A stretch of 64,000 bases of DNA from contig CM022671.1 of assembly GCA_012295275.1 (NCBI GenBank), positions 13,578,001 to 13,642,000 on the forward strand, given 5' to 3'. The notes under the pieces are model-generated. The model made no database searches. It was not told the DNA's origin and saw nothing but the letters and a program-made list of their open reading frames with translations. This stretch comes from Chrysomallon squamiferum (taxonomy: Eukaryota > Animalia > Mollusca). The position numbers were made by a program, and so were the translations under genes. Positions 1 to 11,000 of this stretch are shown in pieces. How positions within the stretch are numbered: the first letter of the stretch is position 1; every line of letters starts with the position of its first letter.

Positions 1-331
1 GTGACTAACCTTTGAATGGCAAAATCTGTGGTTTCTAAGTTAATACCTATCTTTTTCAATTATTATATATTAAATATGATACTGATTCTTCAAGCAGATT
101 ATGTATTTTTATTCATATTCATTTTGAATTGTTCAAAGTTCCTACTGTAGACAAGTTAACAATGCACATTTTTAAAACGGTTCACTGGCTACATATTTCA
201 TCACGCATTCCCTTAATAATGTGCATTTACACATTTTTATGTGCGCATTATATCTGAGTTCACTGTGTACATTCTAGAGTGCCAGTTACGTCTATATTAT
301 TGTTAACAATTATAAATGTTCGTTTGATGTG

Positions 332-1870
332 TTACTGTTTGCACATTTTGTATTGTTCATTGTTTTCGATTTCTACACGTTCTCTAGGAGTTAATTCACC
401 ATTTGTAGATTTAATATATTCAGTGGTAGCTCGATCACCGTTCACATACTCACTCATTATCCTGACACTGTGCTCACTTTTAATATGCTCACTACGTCTT
501 CGTTCACTTTCTGTTTCAAAGTTTTCGTTAGTTAGCCGTTCAGTGCGCTTTGTTTTAACGTGTTCATTTGTCCGATCAGCATTGTAATTGTTGAAAGGGT
601 CGCGACACGTTGGTTCGTTGATCATAATTTTTCCATGCTCAGAGTTATTAGCTGTTCTAGGAAGTGGGTTAGATGAACAAGCATTGTAGCTTGTTCTTTC
701 CAAGAACTGAATGAAATCTTCGCCATCGCGAGGGCCTTCACTTGGTCCAAGACGTGAATCGGCTCTGTAGAAACAGCAGAATGTCGAATGATAACATGAC
801 GTTAACTCCTGTCGTATTGCCCGATTCATCCAGCCGTATAATAATGGATTCACAGCGAAGGATGTATATCCAAGCCATAAGACAAGAAGTTCGGTTGTCT
901 CCCTTTGAGCAACATTCCTGTAGATTGCACCATGAGCGTTTAAGATAAAATAAGGTCCCCATAAAATTACAAAAGATGAGAAAATTGTTATTAATGTTTT
1001 GATCGCTTTGAAATGACCTTTGTTGGGACGTGGTGTATGTTGAAACATGTGTGCCGACATGGAGCGTTCGGCGACATGAACAACATGGTCATCAACCGAA
1101 AAACAGGCACTACATATTTTTATACATGTACCTGGCAGACGGTTGAACTTTTTGGTGTTTTCTCTCAGCCTTTCTGGTTGGGTTTCTGTCAGAACGATAG
1201 AAACAGCAGGAGTGGACGGATAAGGACGAATTTGTCTAGCAGCGTCCCGTGCGACTCGGAATATCCCACAATGCACCATTAACAAGATGATGCTGGGAAC
1301 CACAAAACACCAGACACTAATAAACAAAACATAAGCACGGTCTGTCCTTGAACCCTCCCATGTGAAAGAACAGTATTTCTTGTATATCTGGTAGGTGTAA
1401 GAATTCACTCCTAGAAGAGGCAAAGTGGCCAGGACGAAACTCTGTATCCATATAAATGAAATAGCTCCGACAGTCTTGTGTAACGTCATGTGTGCAGCGT
1501 GGTGCATCGGCAATTTTATGGAGTAATATCGCTCTATGCTAATTAAACAGAGGTTGCATATGGAAGCATACATCGAGAAAGAACTTATAAAGGCACTGAC
1601 AACACACCACATCGAGTCGAATGACCATGATTTGTAAACGAAGGAGGAGATACTCACAGGCAGAGTGGTCACAGACGCTAGGAAATCCACAACACTCAGA
1701 TTAAGTACAAAGAAGTTCGTCAGCGTATGCCGCAGCTGAAAACATCTCAGAACAACAATGATGATGCTGACATTGCCGACAATGGCAGTGCAGTTGACTA
1801 GACACATGAACAGTAATATCACATATTTGCTGACTTCGCTGTCTGGAACAGGTTCAGAAGTGTCGTTCAT
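332..1870 (-). CDS. Rhodopsin-family orphan GPCR, GPR61/GPR62-like, single coding exon (512 aa)
   Basis: Seven hydrophobic segments with GN (TM1), LSVVD (TM2), ERY (TM3), WGPY (TM6) and NPLLY (TM7). ERYYxxxxPMxxxxxMTL, FRVARxAA, YGWMNRAIR and C-tail EDFIQFLERT resemble GPR61 (ERYY..PMRYEVRMTL, FRVARVAA, YGCLNRQIR, EENFLQFLQGT) as recalled from memory. Confidence 0.88.
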   Translation of the reverse strand: MNDTSEPVPDSEVSKYVILLFMCLVNCTAIVGNVSIIIVVLRCFQLRHTLTNFFVLNLSVVDFLASVTTLPVSISSFVYKSWSFDSMWCVVSAFISSFSMYASICNLCLISIERYYSIKLPMHHAAHMTLHKTVGAISFIWIQSFVLATLPLLGVNSYTYQIYKKYCSFTWEGSRTDRAYVLFISVWCFVVPSIILLMVHCGIFRVARDAARQIRPYPSTPAVSIVLTETQPERLRENTKKFNRLPGTCIKICSACFSVDDHVVHVAERSMSAHMFQHTPRPNKGHFKAIKTLITIFSSFVILWGPYFILNAHGAIYRNVAQRETTELLVLWLGYTSFAVNPLLYGWMNRAIRQELTSCYHSTFCCFYRADSRLGPSEGPRDGEDFIQFLERTSYNACSSNPLPRTANNSEHGKIMINEPTCRDPFNNYNADRTNEHVKTKRTERLTNENFETESERRRSEHIKSEHSVRIMSEYVNGDRATTEYIKSTNGELTPRERVEIENNEQYKMCKQ

Positions 1871-2344
1871 TCTAGAGCATTTTAACCAGTGCTGCGGTTT
1901 TGTTTGTTTTTTGAGATTTTTATTTGTTCGTTTATTTTTGTTTTTGTTTTTAATTCTTACTTTTTAACTTATTTTTTTTCCCTAAATAATAATAAAGAAG
2001 AATTTAATTTAACCCTTTTATCTCATTCCTAAAAACTTTTTTCTTCCTAAAAGTCAGTTCTGTAGTTTCCTTGACACAACTAATTTAGAGTTATATATTT
2101 TTGAATATATGCTCCACATTTACTAAGTACGAAAAATAAACTCGTGTTCTTGTTAATAACTTGCTTTCTTCATTCTTCTTATAAATAGAAAAAGCACACC
2201 TCATTTATCCAGCTAAATAGTAACAGCAGATGTATTCGTCTGTGTGAATAACTACACGTATTGCGAAGACGTCTAAATGTCTTGGTAATCAAACTCATTT
2301 CTGCAACCAATCGATACGAAAGAACTTTGCTATTCGGTGCTATT

Positions 2345-2418
2345 CAGCTTAGCAACAGATTTGTAAGAGAGACGTGGATTTGCTCTTACACCTCACAGTA
2401 CTATGGCTACTAGGTAAC
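2345..2418 (-). promoter_or_regulatory. RFX X-box-like motifs upstream of GPCR1
   Basis: GTTACCTAGTAGC (minus strand, 2406-2418) and a TAGCAAC half-site near 2350, about 500 bp upstream of the ATG at 1870. Motif match only. Confidence 0.3.
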
Positions 2419-5126
2419 CAATAGAAACGTCGCTTTTTTATTATTGGTGTGTCTGACATCTGGTGACTCCGAATAAACACTGGCGGAGGTTTGAACACCG
2501 ACTGGAGGTAAAGCAAATATAAAGACAAATGTTGAAATGTTTATTATTCTTAGATAGAAATGTTTATTATTCTTTATATATATGTATACATACATACATT
2601 CATTCATATACACATACATAAACACAAGTGAAGGTATGTAAAAAAAAAAAAAAGTTCCCAAATTAAAATTATTTCTGTATCACTGGAAAAAGCATGACCC
2701 CCCAAAAAAAAAAAACACACAAGAAACAATTTATTTATGATAGTAACTTGCAAGATAAGGAGGAATGATACTTTTATGTTCCAAAATTTCCTGTAATTTT
2801 AACCTAATATTTTTAGCTTTACTGAAACAAATACTGTAATTTAAGTTCATTAAATTCTCGTATCTTCTTTCACATGTATCTTATTTTTGCATGAAATTGA
2901 AAGTCTGATTATGATGAAGTTATAGGTTATTAATTATGAATAGGTATAATTATAAACATTTAATATACTGAAATAGAATAAAAATTCCGCCAAATCAGAT
3001 GATTTTGGCCTCTGCTAGGATAATTGTTGGGCCGTGAACAAATTTAGTAATATTTTGCACAAATAAAGTTACGCTTATGTACAGTTCAGAATAGTGTTGG
3101 ATGAGAAAATATTCACCTTTCTTTAGATGTCTGGATGATTTTGTAAAGGTGTTTATCGTAGGAAAATTAAAAATTCTTCTGATACGGAAAAGGGAAAAAT
3201 TCAAAAGCGAAACAACGGAGTAATGTGTGTACGATGTAGTGGCGGAAATATTTTGTGCTATATCTGGTGGGACGCCGCTTTTTCTCTGTTTTCTCAGATG
3301 ATCAATGTACTAATAAAAAATGAACCGTCTTGGCAGGTTTTAAGGTCCAGTCCGATTTAGAAATGAGCTGTGACACCAATTCTGGAGGGGGTGCACAAAC
3401 ACCAGAACTCGAGTCATAGCGAAAAGTACGATTTTCTAAGTACCTATACTTTGTATGTGTTTGTATGTCTGTATACAGACATGTAAGCTTGTGTTTTGTG
3501 TATCATTCCTCAGCATGTGAATTTGTACACAAATATATTTTAATAAAGAAAATGATGAAAGAAATGATTAGTTCTGTTAACTGTTGATGCTGAAAGGGAG
3601 GAAAAAATATGAATTAAATATATTTATAAGTACTTTCAATCACGCCCGTAACCTCTCTTGGGCTAAACGATGCAGAGAATTTCGTTATTATCTAATTGAA
3701 TCGTAGTAAAAATTGCCCAACAGAATATTCACACCATTTAAATTTGTATAATATTCTTTCAGCTCTTTATTCGTTTTTGTTTTGTTTGTTTGTTGTTGTT
3801 ATTTTCTTTTTCTTTTTTGTTAATGTTGTTTGTTGTTTAAATAATTTTTATTAACTTTGTATCTTCATTTTTTTCTTTGAAATAAAAAAGAAAATTTGAT
3901 GAATATACCTAGGAACATTTTTGTATTCCAATGACATGAATTATAAAATTGTTAGTTAATTGTCTGTCTATAATCACGCATTTTACGTGGAAGTCCGCAG
4001 CGGGCGGGACGCACGAATATACATACCAATTCAGCAAATTTACAATGGATACTGTGATGACGTTGAAGAGATGGTTGGTCAAAATGACATCATCACACGT
4101 AAAACCGTGGAAGCAGTATACGTCAAAACTTCGTCTGGCTGTATCTGATTTAATTAGCCCTGTTATCGTTTGGCTTAAAACTAGATTTCATACTAATTGT
4201 TCGATTTCAGTCAATTAAGGTGATTAACATATCGGGCTGGTCTTTATAGTAACATCATTAGTACCTGAACCTATAACCGGCTCCGCCATACGGATGTTTC
4301 TAACGAAGATGAGCGAAGGCTACGGACAGGTACATATTGGATAATGTCTATTTTGTATTTAAATCGGATTTAATCTGGTTTATACATGCTAATATATATC
4401 TGATATGGTTAGTTTTTACAGGTAAATCAGTTGTACACTTGAATTCCAAAAATGCGATATTTATTAACCATTTACATGGTCTATATTTTTGTCATTCACT
4501 TTTTCTCCATGAGATGTTTGTTTTGAGGTATCTGATATCACGAAATCAATATGAGATGGCATGCTCTTTTGTTTGCTTTTTTTCATTCAGCGAATGAGCA
4601 TTTGGCAATGTACAAGTACCAAAATCTGTAAAGAAGTAGATTATTAAATAGTATATTCAAAAAATAAAATCAGAGCATCTATAAACATTATTTTGCAATA
4701 GATTGAAAATAGATTGAAAAGTACACTAACTTCACAGTGATCCATTAATTTTTATTTACAGTTATAGTTGTATGAAAATATTATCTTAATGGACAGCAAA
4801 TTGTAGTAGTCAGTATTTCCTTTATTCGCTCATGTCCAAATGCGAAATATATATGTGGTTATATATCTATATATATATTACAAGTTTAATAATAATAATA
4901 ATAATAATAATTAAAATTAAATAATTAAATAATAAATATATAATGAACACATAGAGTTTATTTAAATACCATTCGAAGTTTAACTTTTGACATTTTGGTT
5001 TTAGCGACCCTAACCTCTCTAACGCAGTCATCATTTAAAGCAAATCATATATTTCATGGTGTACTAATATAATATTATTATAAAGAAGTTTTTAAAAATC
5101 TCTTTGTATTATGCTATAAAACTGTA

Positions 5127-6155
5127 TCATTCAGGACCATAAGTGTCTTGCAAAAACTGCATGAAATCCTCTGCTTCCTGGCCTTCGCCGTCTTCTTCTA
5201 ATTTTTTAGAATAATGTAAACGAATATTTTTTAAATAAGAAATTAAATTGTTTCTTATTTGCCTGTTCATTAACCCGTAGTATAGTGGATTTAAGGTAAA
5301 CGATGTAAATCCTATCCATGAGACAAATGTTTCGAGTGACTCCCGATTTTGAAGTTGCCCATGTACAGCGCCATAAGCATGTACAATGAAAAACGGACCC
5401 CATAAAGTGAAAAAGCTAATGCAGGGCACTGATATTGTTAAACATTTACGAATTACATCCAGCCACCTAATGGCTAAACTTTGTCGCGGTATCAGATATG
5501 TGGTGAAATTGTTTTGTTCTTGTTTTCTTATTTTTAAGATAACCTGAACTATTCCCAAATTGGTCAATAATAATATCGTTCCAGGAATGGCAAAACACCA
5601 TATAGTAACAAACAAAGCATAAATTCTATCCGCTTCCGAACCTTCCCATGTGTAAGAGCAATACATTTTATATTCTCGATATGCATATTTGTTAATTCCA
5701 AGAAAAGGCACGGCAGCCAGTATTACGCTTTGTACCCAAATAAACAAAATTACGACCATTACCTTTCCAAGAGTCATATGTGCAGCATGGTGCATGGGAT
5801 GTCTTATAGAATAGAATCTTTCCAAGCTAATAAAACAAAGAGTGCATACAGAGGCATGAATACAAAAAGAACCTAAAAATCCACTTGCTATACACCAAAC
5901 AATATTATAAGGCCATGTTTCCTTTACGAAGCACAAAATACTTATAGGCACTGTGCTCACTGAAGAAAGAAAATCGACAATGCCCAAATTCAGAACAAAT
6001 ATATTTGACAATTTAAGCCTTAGTTGGAAAAATTTCAAAACTGCAAAAATTATGCTGACATTAAATATGATGGCTGTGAAATTAATAAAAAACATCAACA
6101 GAACTTCGAAGTTTTTGAGGTGTTCATTTCCTGTAGATGACGCGGAGTTCTTCAT
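5127..6155 (-). CDS. Second GPR61/GPR62-like GPCR, tandem paralog with short ICL3 and C-tail (342 aa)
   Basis: Intact 7TM ORF clearly paralogous to 332-1870: shared PMHHAAHMTL, IWxQS, CSxTWEGSxxDR, WCFxxP, NPLYYGLMNRQIR and EDFMQFLQDT. Confidence 0.88.
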   Translation of the reverse strand: MKNSASSTGNEHLKNFEVLLMFFINFTAIIFNVSIIFAVLKFFQLRLKLSNIFVLNLGIVDFLSSVSTVPISILCFVKETWPYNIVWCIASGFLGSFCIHASVCTLCFISLERFYSIRHPMHHAAHMTLGKVMVVILFIWVQSVILAAVPFLGINKYAYREYKMYCSYTWEGSEADRIYALFVTIWCFAIPGTILLLTNLGIVQVILKIRKQEQNNFTTYLIPRQSLAIRWLDVIRKCLTISVPCISFFTLWGPFFIVHAYGAVHGQLQNRESLETFVSWIGFTSFTLNPLYYGLMNRQIRNNLISYLKNIRLHYSKKLEEDGEGQEAEDFMQFLQDTYGPE

Positions 6156-6892
6156 TGAATCGCATGCTCACAGAGTTTCGTGTATAATAAGTGTATCACC
6201 TTTCAATGTTGTTCACTGTTAGAGATTGCAAAAATATGTCAGATATGTCATAATTCTTCAGGTTTTTTAGTGTTCATATCCATCAACAACTGCAGAAGTG
6301 TCGAATTAGTATCAGTTTTGTTTTTCGGTCCAGTAATATATTGTATGTCATTCTATGAAGTCCACTCTTAAAATCATTTGTTAAAAGTCATTAATTATAT
6401 TCATGCGAAGGTGACTATTTTGTCCATATCAAATGTAATGGGTTTTTTTTTCTGCATACCATTTGTCGTCACCGGATAAAAGAACATTTAATTACTGATT
6501 TCACATCAGTGCAAAACACATTATTTCAAGTAAGCGAAACAAAAAGTGAATCCAATATCTGTCGTTGTGGACCGAGCGTTCAACTAAATTTTAACTTTAT
6601 ACGTCATAATGACGTCATTATTCGTAGATTGTTAAAAGAAATATTTATTCATTTATTTGTTTGTTTGTTATTATTATCCACGAAATATTCCACTATTACA
6701 GCTAGTTTTTTCTTTTTAATAAATTGGTTTCTTTGTTGTTGTTGTTTTGTTTTGTTGTTTTTTTTCGTTTTTTTCTTTTGACATGGAAAACCAAAATTAA
6801 TTCGGTATACGGGGGGGGAGGGTGGTGGTGATGTAATACGTCATCGTGGAACTTATAAATAAAATCATACAGAGGTGGTTTATACTTTAGGT

Positions 6893-7171
6893 CAGGCATG
6901 GGCAACCTTTTTCGAGAAGCGGGTCAGTTGAGACATGGCTCATCGTCAGGCGGGCCGAGGTACTAATTTAGGCGATTTTGTGTTTTTACGTAGAATTTAT
7001 TTTAATAAATTTTTCATTTTCATTTACTTCAGGTACTGTTATAATAAAAATTTACATGTGTTTTAGTATATTAGTAGATACAAAATACACTCATATAAAA
7101 TTTGAATTAACGTTATTTACCTTGTGATGGCCGCTCAGAAAGACGCGCAGGCCGCAGTTTGCCCATGACTG
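6893..7171. mobile_element. Non-autonomous hAT (Charlie-like) MITE, 279 bp
   Basis: Imperfect TIRs CAGGCATGGGCAAC / TTTGCCCATGACTG, flanked by a perfect 8-bp target-site duplication CTTTAGGT (6885-6892 and 7172-7179). Confidence 0.9.
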
Positions 7172-7420
7172 CTTTAGGTAATTATAATTTGAAATTATAA
7201 ACTTTACAGGATACCTGAGAGAGAGATATATATTGTTTATTATGAACTGTTTCAAACTGATACAATCATCAGTGTCACGTAATACAGTTGCTTGCCTTCA
7301 TTCTCACATTATTTATTTATTTAGCCAAGGGGTTATATTTCCGTGCATTTGGAAAACCCTCCATAAAGGACCCTGTTAAAGAACTAATACAGTGACTCCT
7401 TAAAAGAATAACTGAGGCAA

Positions 7421-8000
7421 ATGTGAGCCTTATACGCTTACCTATGTATAAATAGGTTAATTAATAGTAATTTATAAGGCAAAGATTTAAAAAACATAAA
7501 CAAAATTTCTGTATGGTATCTATTCATATATTAAAATACATTACGACTTGAAAATAATAATAGGAGTATTTCAGTGATGGTGATGATGAACGTTGAGGAC
7601 AATGATTACGATAGTGATGATGATGAAAAATAAATAATTTGTAACACTTTTACTAACAACGATAGAAATTATTTTATTCGATGATTCCTCAATAAGATCG
7701 AATATCCAGATGAATTCTGTTTTGTAAGGCATAATTAAAACAAATTTTAAAAATAAATAAATAAATAATAATAAGTACATTCTTTAAAAGTTAAAATTTA
7801 AAAAGTTTGTAGAACATCGATCATTTTAATTTGTTTCAAATTAGAAACTGCTGTCAATAAAATTACCTACACTGTATTGAAAAGGAGGGGACATAACTCT
7901 TATATCTTAATAAATATTTTTCTCATTCCTCTAACTAAGGGGAATAACTCTGATCAACCAATCAAAATTATTCAGGGGGTAAAATGGCCGGGAAATGTTC
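7421..8000 (+). repeat. ~580-bp segment upstream of SUV39H, duplicated at ~41775-42376
   Basis: Colinear similarity over the full length, e.g. TTAAAATACATTACGA, GATGAATTCTGTTTTGTAAGGCATAATTAA, AATAAAATTACCTACACTGTA, AAGGGGAATAACTC. Confidence 0.9.
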
Positions 8001-8011
8001 AAAGTTGCGCC
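7980..8011 (-). promoter_or_regulatory. SUV39H core promoter: CDE/CHR-like tandem plus YY1/E2F-like motifs
   Basis: Minus strand reads TGGCG-CAAC-TTTGAA (8011-7997), a CDE-like element, a 4-nt spacer and a perfect CHR. AAAATGGCCG and GCCGGGAAA are adjacent; ~90 bp upstream of the ATG. Confidence 0.5.
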
Positions 8012-8098
8012 ATCAGTTTCGGACTTAACTAAATGTATCATTTATATGAAAGCACTTATATATATTGCTGAAGTAATTTGATTGAGTGCTGGTTGAAT

Positions 8099-11000
8099 AT
8101 GGAAAAGAAACAAGTAGTCCAGGTGCCTTGTATTTCCGGTATACTAGATTTACAGAAAATGTGCCAGCGGGAAAATCTGCACTTTTCTGAAGAAACTAAC
8201 CAATATCTTTTGTACCAAACTTTGAAGAAGGTTGGCCCAGTCGAGGCTCAGAAATTGATAAGTAAATGTAAGTTGTAGAATGCAGAATTAATTTTTATAT
8301 TGGTGGACAGCTATCCAAAGCCAATTAACATTCTATCTCTACTTTTCTTTTAACTGCAAAACTATTATTATTAACTTTATCGCAAGATACCTGTTACAGT
8401 GTTAGCTAAGTAAAGTATAATCGGGCTGCTTCATCTTTCGGTCTTTTAGTATTCTTCTTGACCGATGATGTAAAAATTTGTCCAACACATTTAAGAAGAA
8501 TATAAACACGTAAAAGATGGTAACAGTTATTACTTTATTATTATAAAGTAGTTAAGAATGCATTATCCTTTAACAAAAGCTTCTGTTGTAATAAAGTTAA
8601 GATAAAAGCCTACAGACACGAAACAAAGATTGCATTCAAAGATTTCAGTGAGTGAAATGCTTACACTGTAAGTTACAGATAATTTAATGTTGAAATTTGA
8701 AATTAATGCTACAATTAAATAATGAAAATTTATAAATAGTACCACTACCAAGGATATTCCAGTTCACTGGTCTGTTGTCAGTGCACAGGATGGAGGCTAG
8801 ATCATGGCCATAACTACACTGAGGCAAGTGAGCCAATGACAATTATATATATATATATACACAAAGGTTTTTATAAAAAAAAAATATAAATGGCTAGAAT
8901 TGAGGATTTTCCATCTTTCAAGTCGGAGCTTCTGGGGGTCTTAGGCAGCCCAAAGACACCTTACCCCAATTTTTTGGGCCTCGGTCCTATAATGGGATTA
9001 AGTGGTTTTACCTCAATTCAAAAAGAGTCTAGTTATGGCCATGTAAATTGGTGACATTATCCATCTACCTAAGCATATTCCAAAGCACATGGTAACATAC
9101 AGTTTGTAAAAAGACTTTGCTGTTTACTGAAAAAGAGTAACCTATCATGTAATGATAGCAATTTTATTCTCCTTGTTTGTATGGGTTTTAACTATGAAAA
9201 TGGGCACAATGCCTTTGTGATGCACATTTTATAGCTACATTTATTTTTATTTTGTAATATGATTCACGTATTTAGTGAGTAAAGTGAAGGCTGGTTGGTA
9301 AATGCCTACAGTTTGATACCTTTGATATGTAATAGATATTTCAGATGCCCATATAATTGCTTAATGATAGATATTAAAATGTTTTGATGGCAGGCAGATG
9401 TTTTCAGTATTTCTACTTAACAATTTAGTGAAAAATATAAACTAAAAAATAATAAAATTTTTACTTAATTTATTATTTATTGTATGCAGAGAGCAAATAC
9501 ATCTCCAGAGATTTTGTACACAAAGTATAATTAAATCTTTCAGATTAAAAATGTATTTGGTCCATCTTTAATGAATGATTCTTCCAGCATTAAATTCTGA
9601 ATTTAAGATGTAAAATAAAAAAAAGATGTATAAGAATAAAGAATAATTTGTATAAAATATAATAGTTTAAAAACCCCATACGTCATTATTTATTAAATAT
9701 TTTCATTAAACATTTAAATATTTATCAATGTATCATATTACTTCTAACTAATAATATTAAAAGTAATTAGCTCTCATTGTGTTTTTAAAAAATGCAGCCA
9801 AAAACATAATTCTGTATGGTATATATGTAGTTTCATCAATGTCAGATTTTTAAATATTTTTAGTGGTTGAGAGTGGTGACATTGAATGGCAGTCTGATGA
9901 AGATTTTGAAGTTGAGGACATTTTAGAACACACACAAGAAAATGTATGTACTTTTTTATTTAATTTTTATGTAGAACATTCTGATGCTGAAAAATAATGT
10001 AAAGTGTAAAAGATAGATTCCAAAATATTTTTTTTCTGTTGTGCCATCATATATTAAATATAACAGACAGACACACACACACATAAGGAAGTTACTGATA
10101 CGTGGCCTGTGAGGCATGTACTGGCACCCCTAATTGTTGGAAAAAAATGAAATTACATATACATAATTGTTTCTATCTTTATTCCAGTTTGTCAGTAAGA
10201 AAATATTAAAAAACATGTTTTGAGAAAATTCTGATTTTGCAAACTTACATCTTTCACAAATCTATATGCAGAAGCATTTCAAGTATTTAACATATGGATA
10301 CTGTTCATTTTTTCTAGATTTAATCCCTTGCTCAGATCTAAGCAAACAGCTCACCAAAATTGGCTCTTAAGTCCAAAATATGATGGCATTTCAACAGTTT
10401 TCTCTCAAAATAAAATAAAATGGCTAATTATTATGCATTTTGTTCAGAATGAAGAGAGATGATACAAGAAACATTAAAACCAAAAACACAGTAGGGTCAG
10501 ATGACCGAGTTCAGGTCACCTGCAGGGCAAAATAGTTCTCTTCACCAACCCATTCTGACAAAGCAATTTGCATGTAAAACTAAGTTTCACTTTCAGTCAG
10601 TATTTCATCAACTTCTTTGAACAAAAAGTTTGAGAATTTTTTAATATCTGGATCAAAAATTAAAAAAAATAATTAATGCCCTTTGACATTCATGTTCATT
10701 CTGTTATTTTCAAGGTAAGTCTTCAGTCATAGTTTAAACCACGGCCCATTCCTAACAACTCGCTTAGTGAGAACACAGATCAGTGTCAGAGTTCCCTTCT
10801 GACCAACACATGGCTGTTGTTTAACATGTCCCATGGTTTTGCCTGATATTATCAGAATAATCTCTGTGTAAATTAGAAATGTTGCTCTTTATTGTGGTAC
10901 ACATTATATGCTTGTTTGAGCAAAAGAATATTTGTGCTGATCCAGGAAAAGATAGCAGTTTTGAAATGATTCAGGCTTTGCAGGCACTGTGTTGAGAAGA

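Noticed and set aside
279-1967. Plus-strand ORFs overlapping GPCR1 (and similar shadow ORFs over SUV39H, LAS1L and the cyclase)
   Set aside because: Antisense or alternate-frame shadows of real coding exons with no protein-like features.
10100-11000. Possible transposon fragment in SUV39H intron 2
   Set aside because: Only weak inverted similarity, with no TSD or coding remnant to define it.
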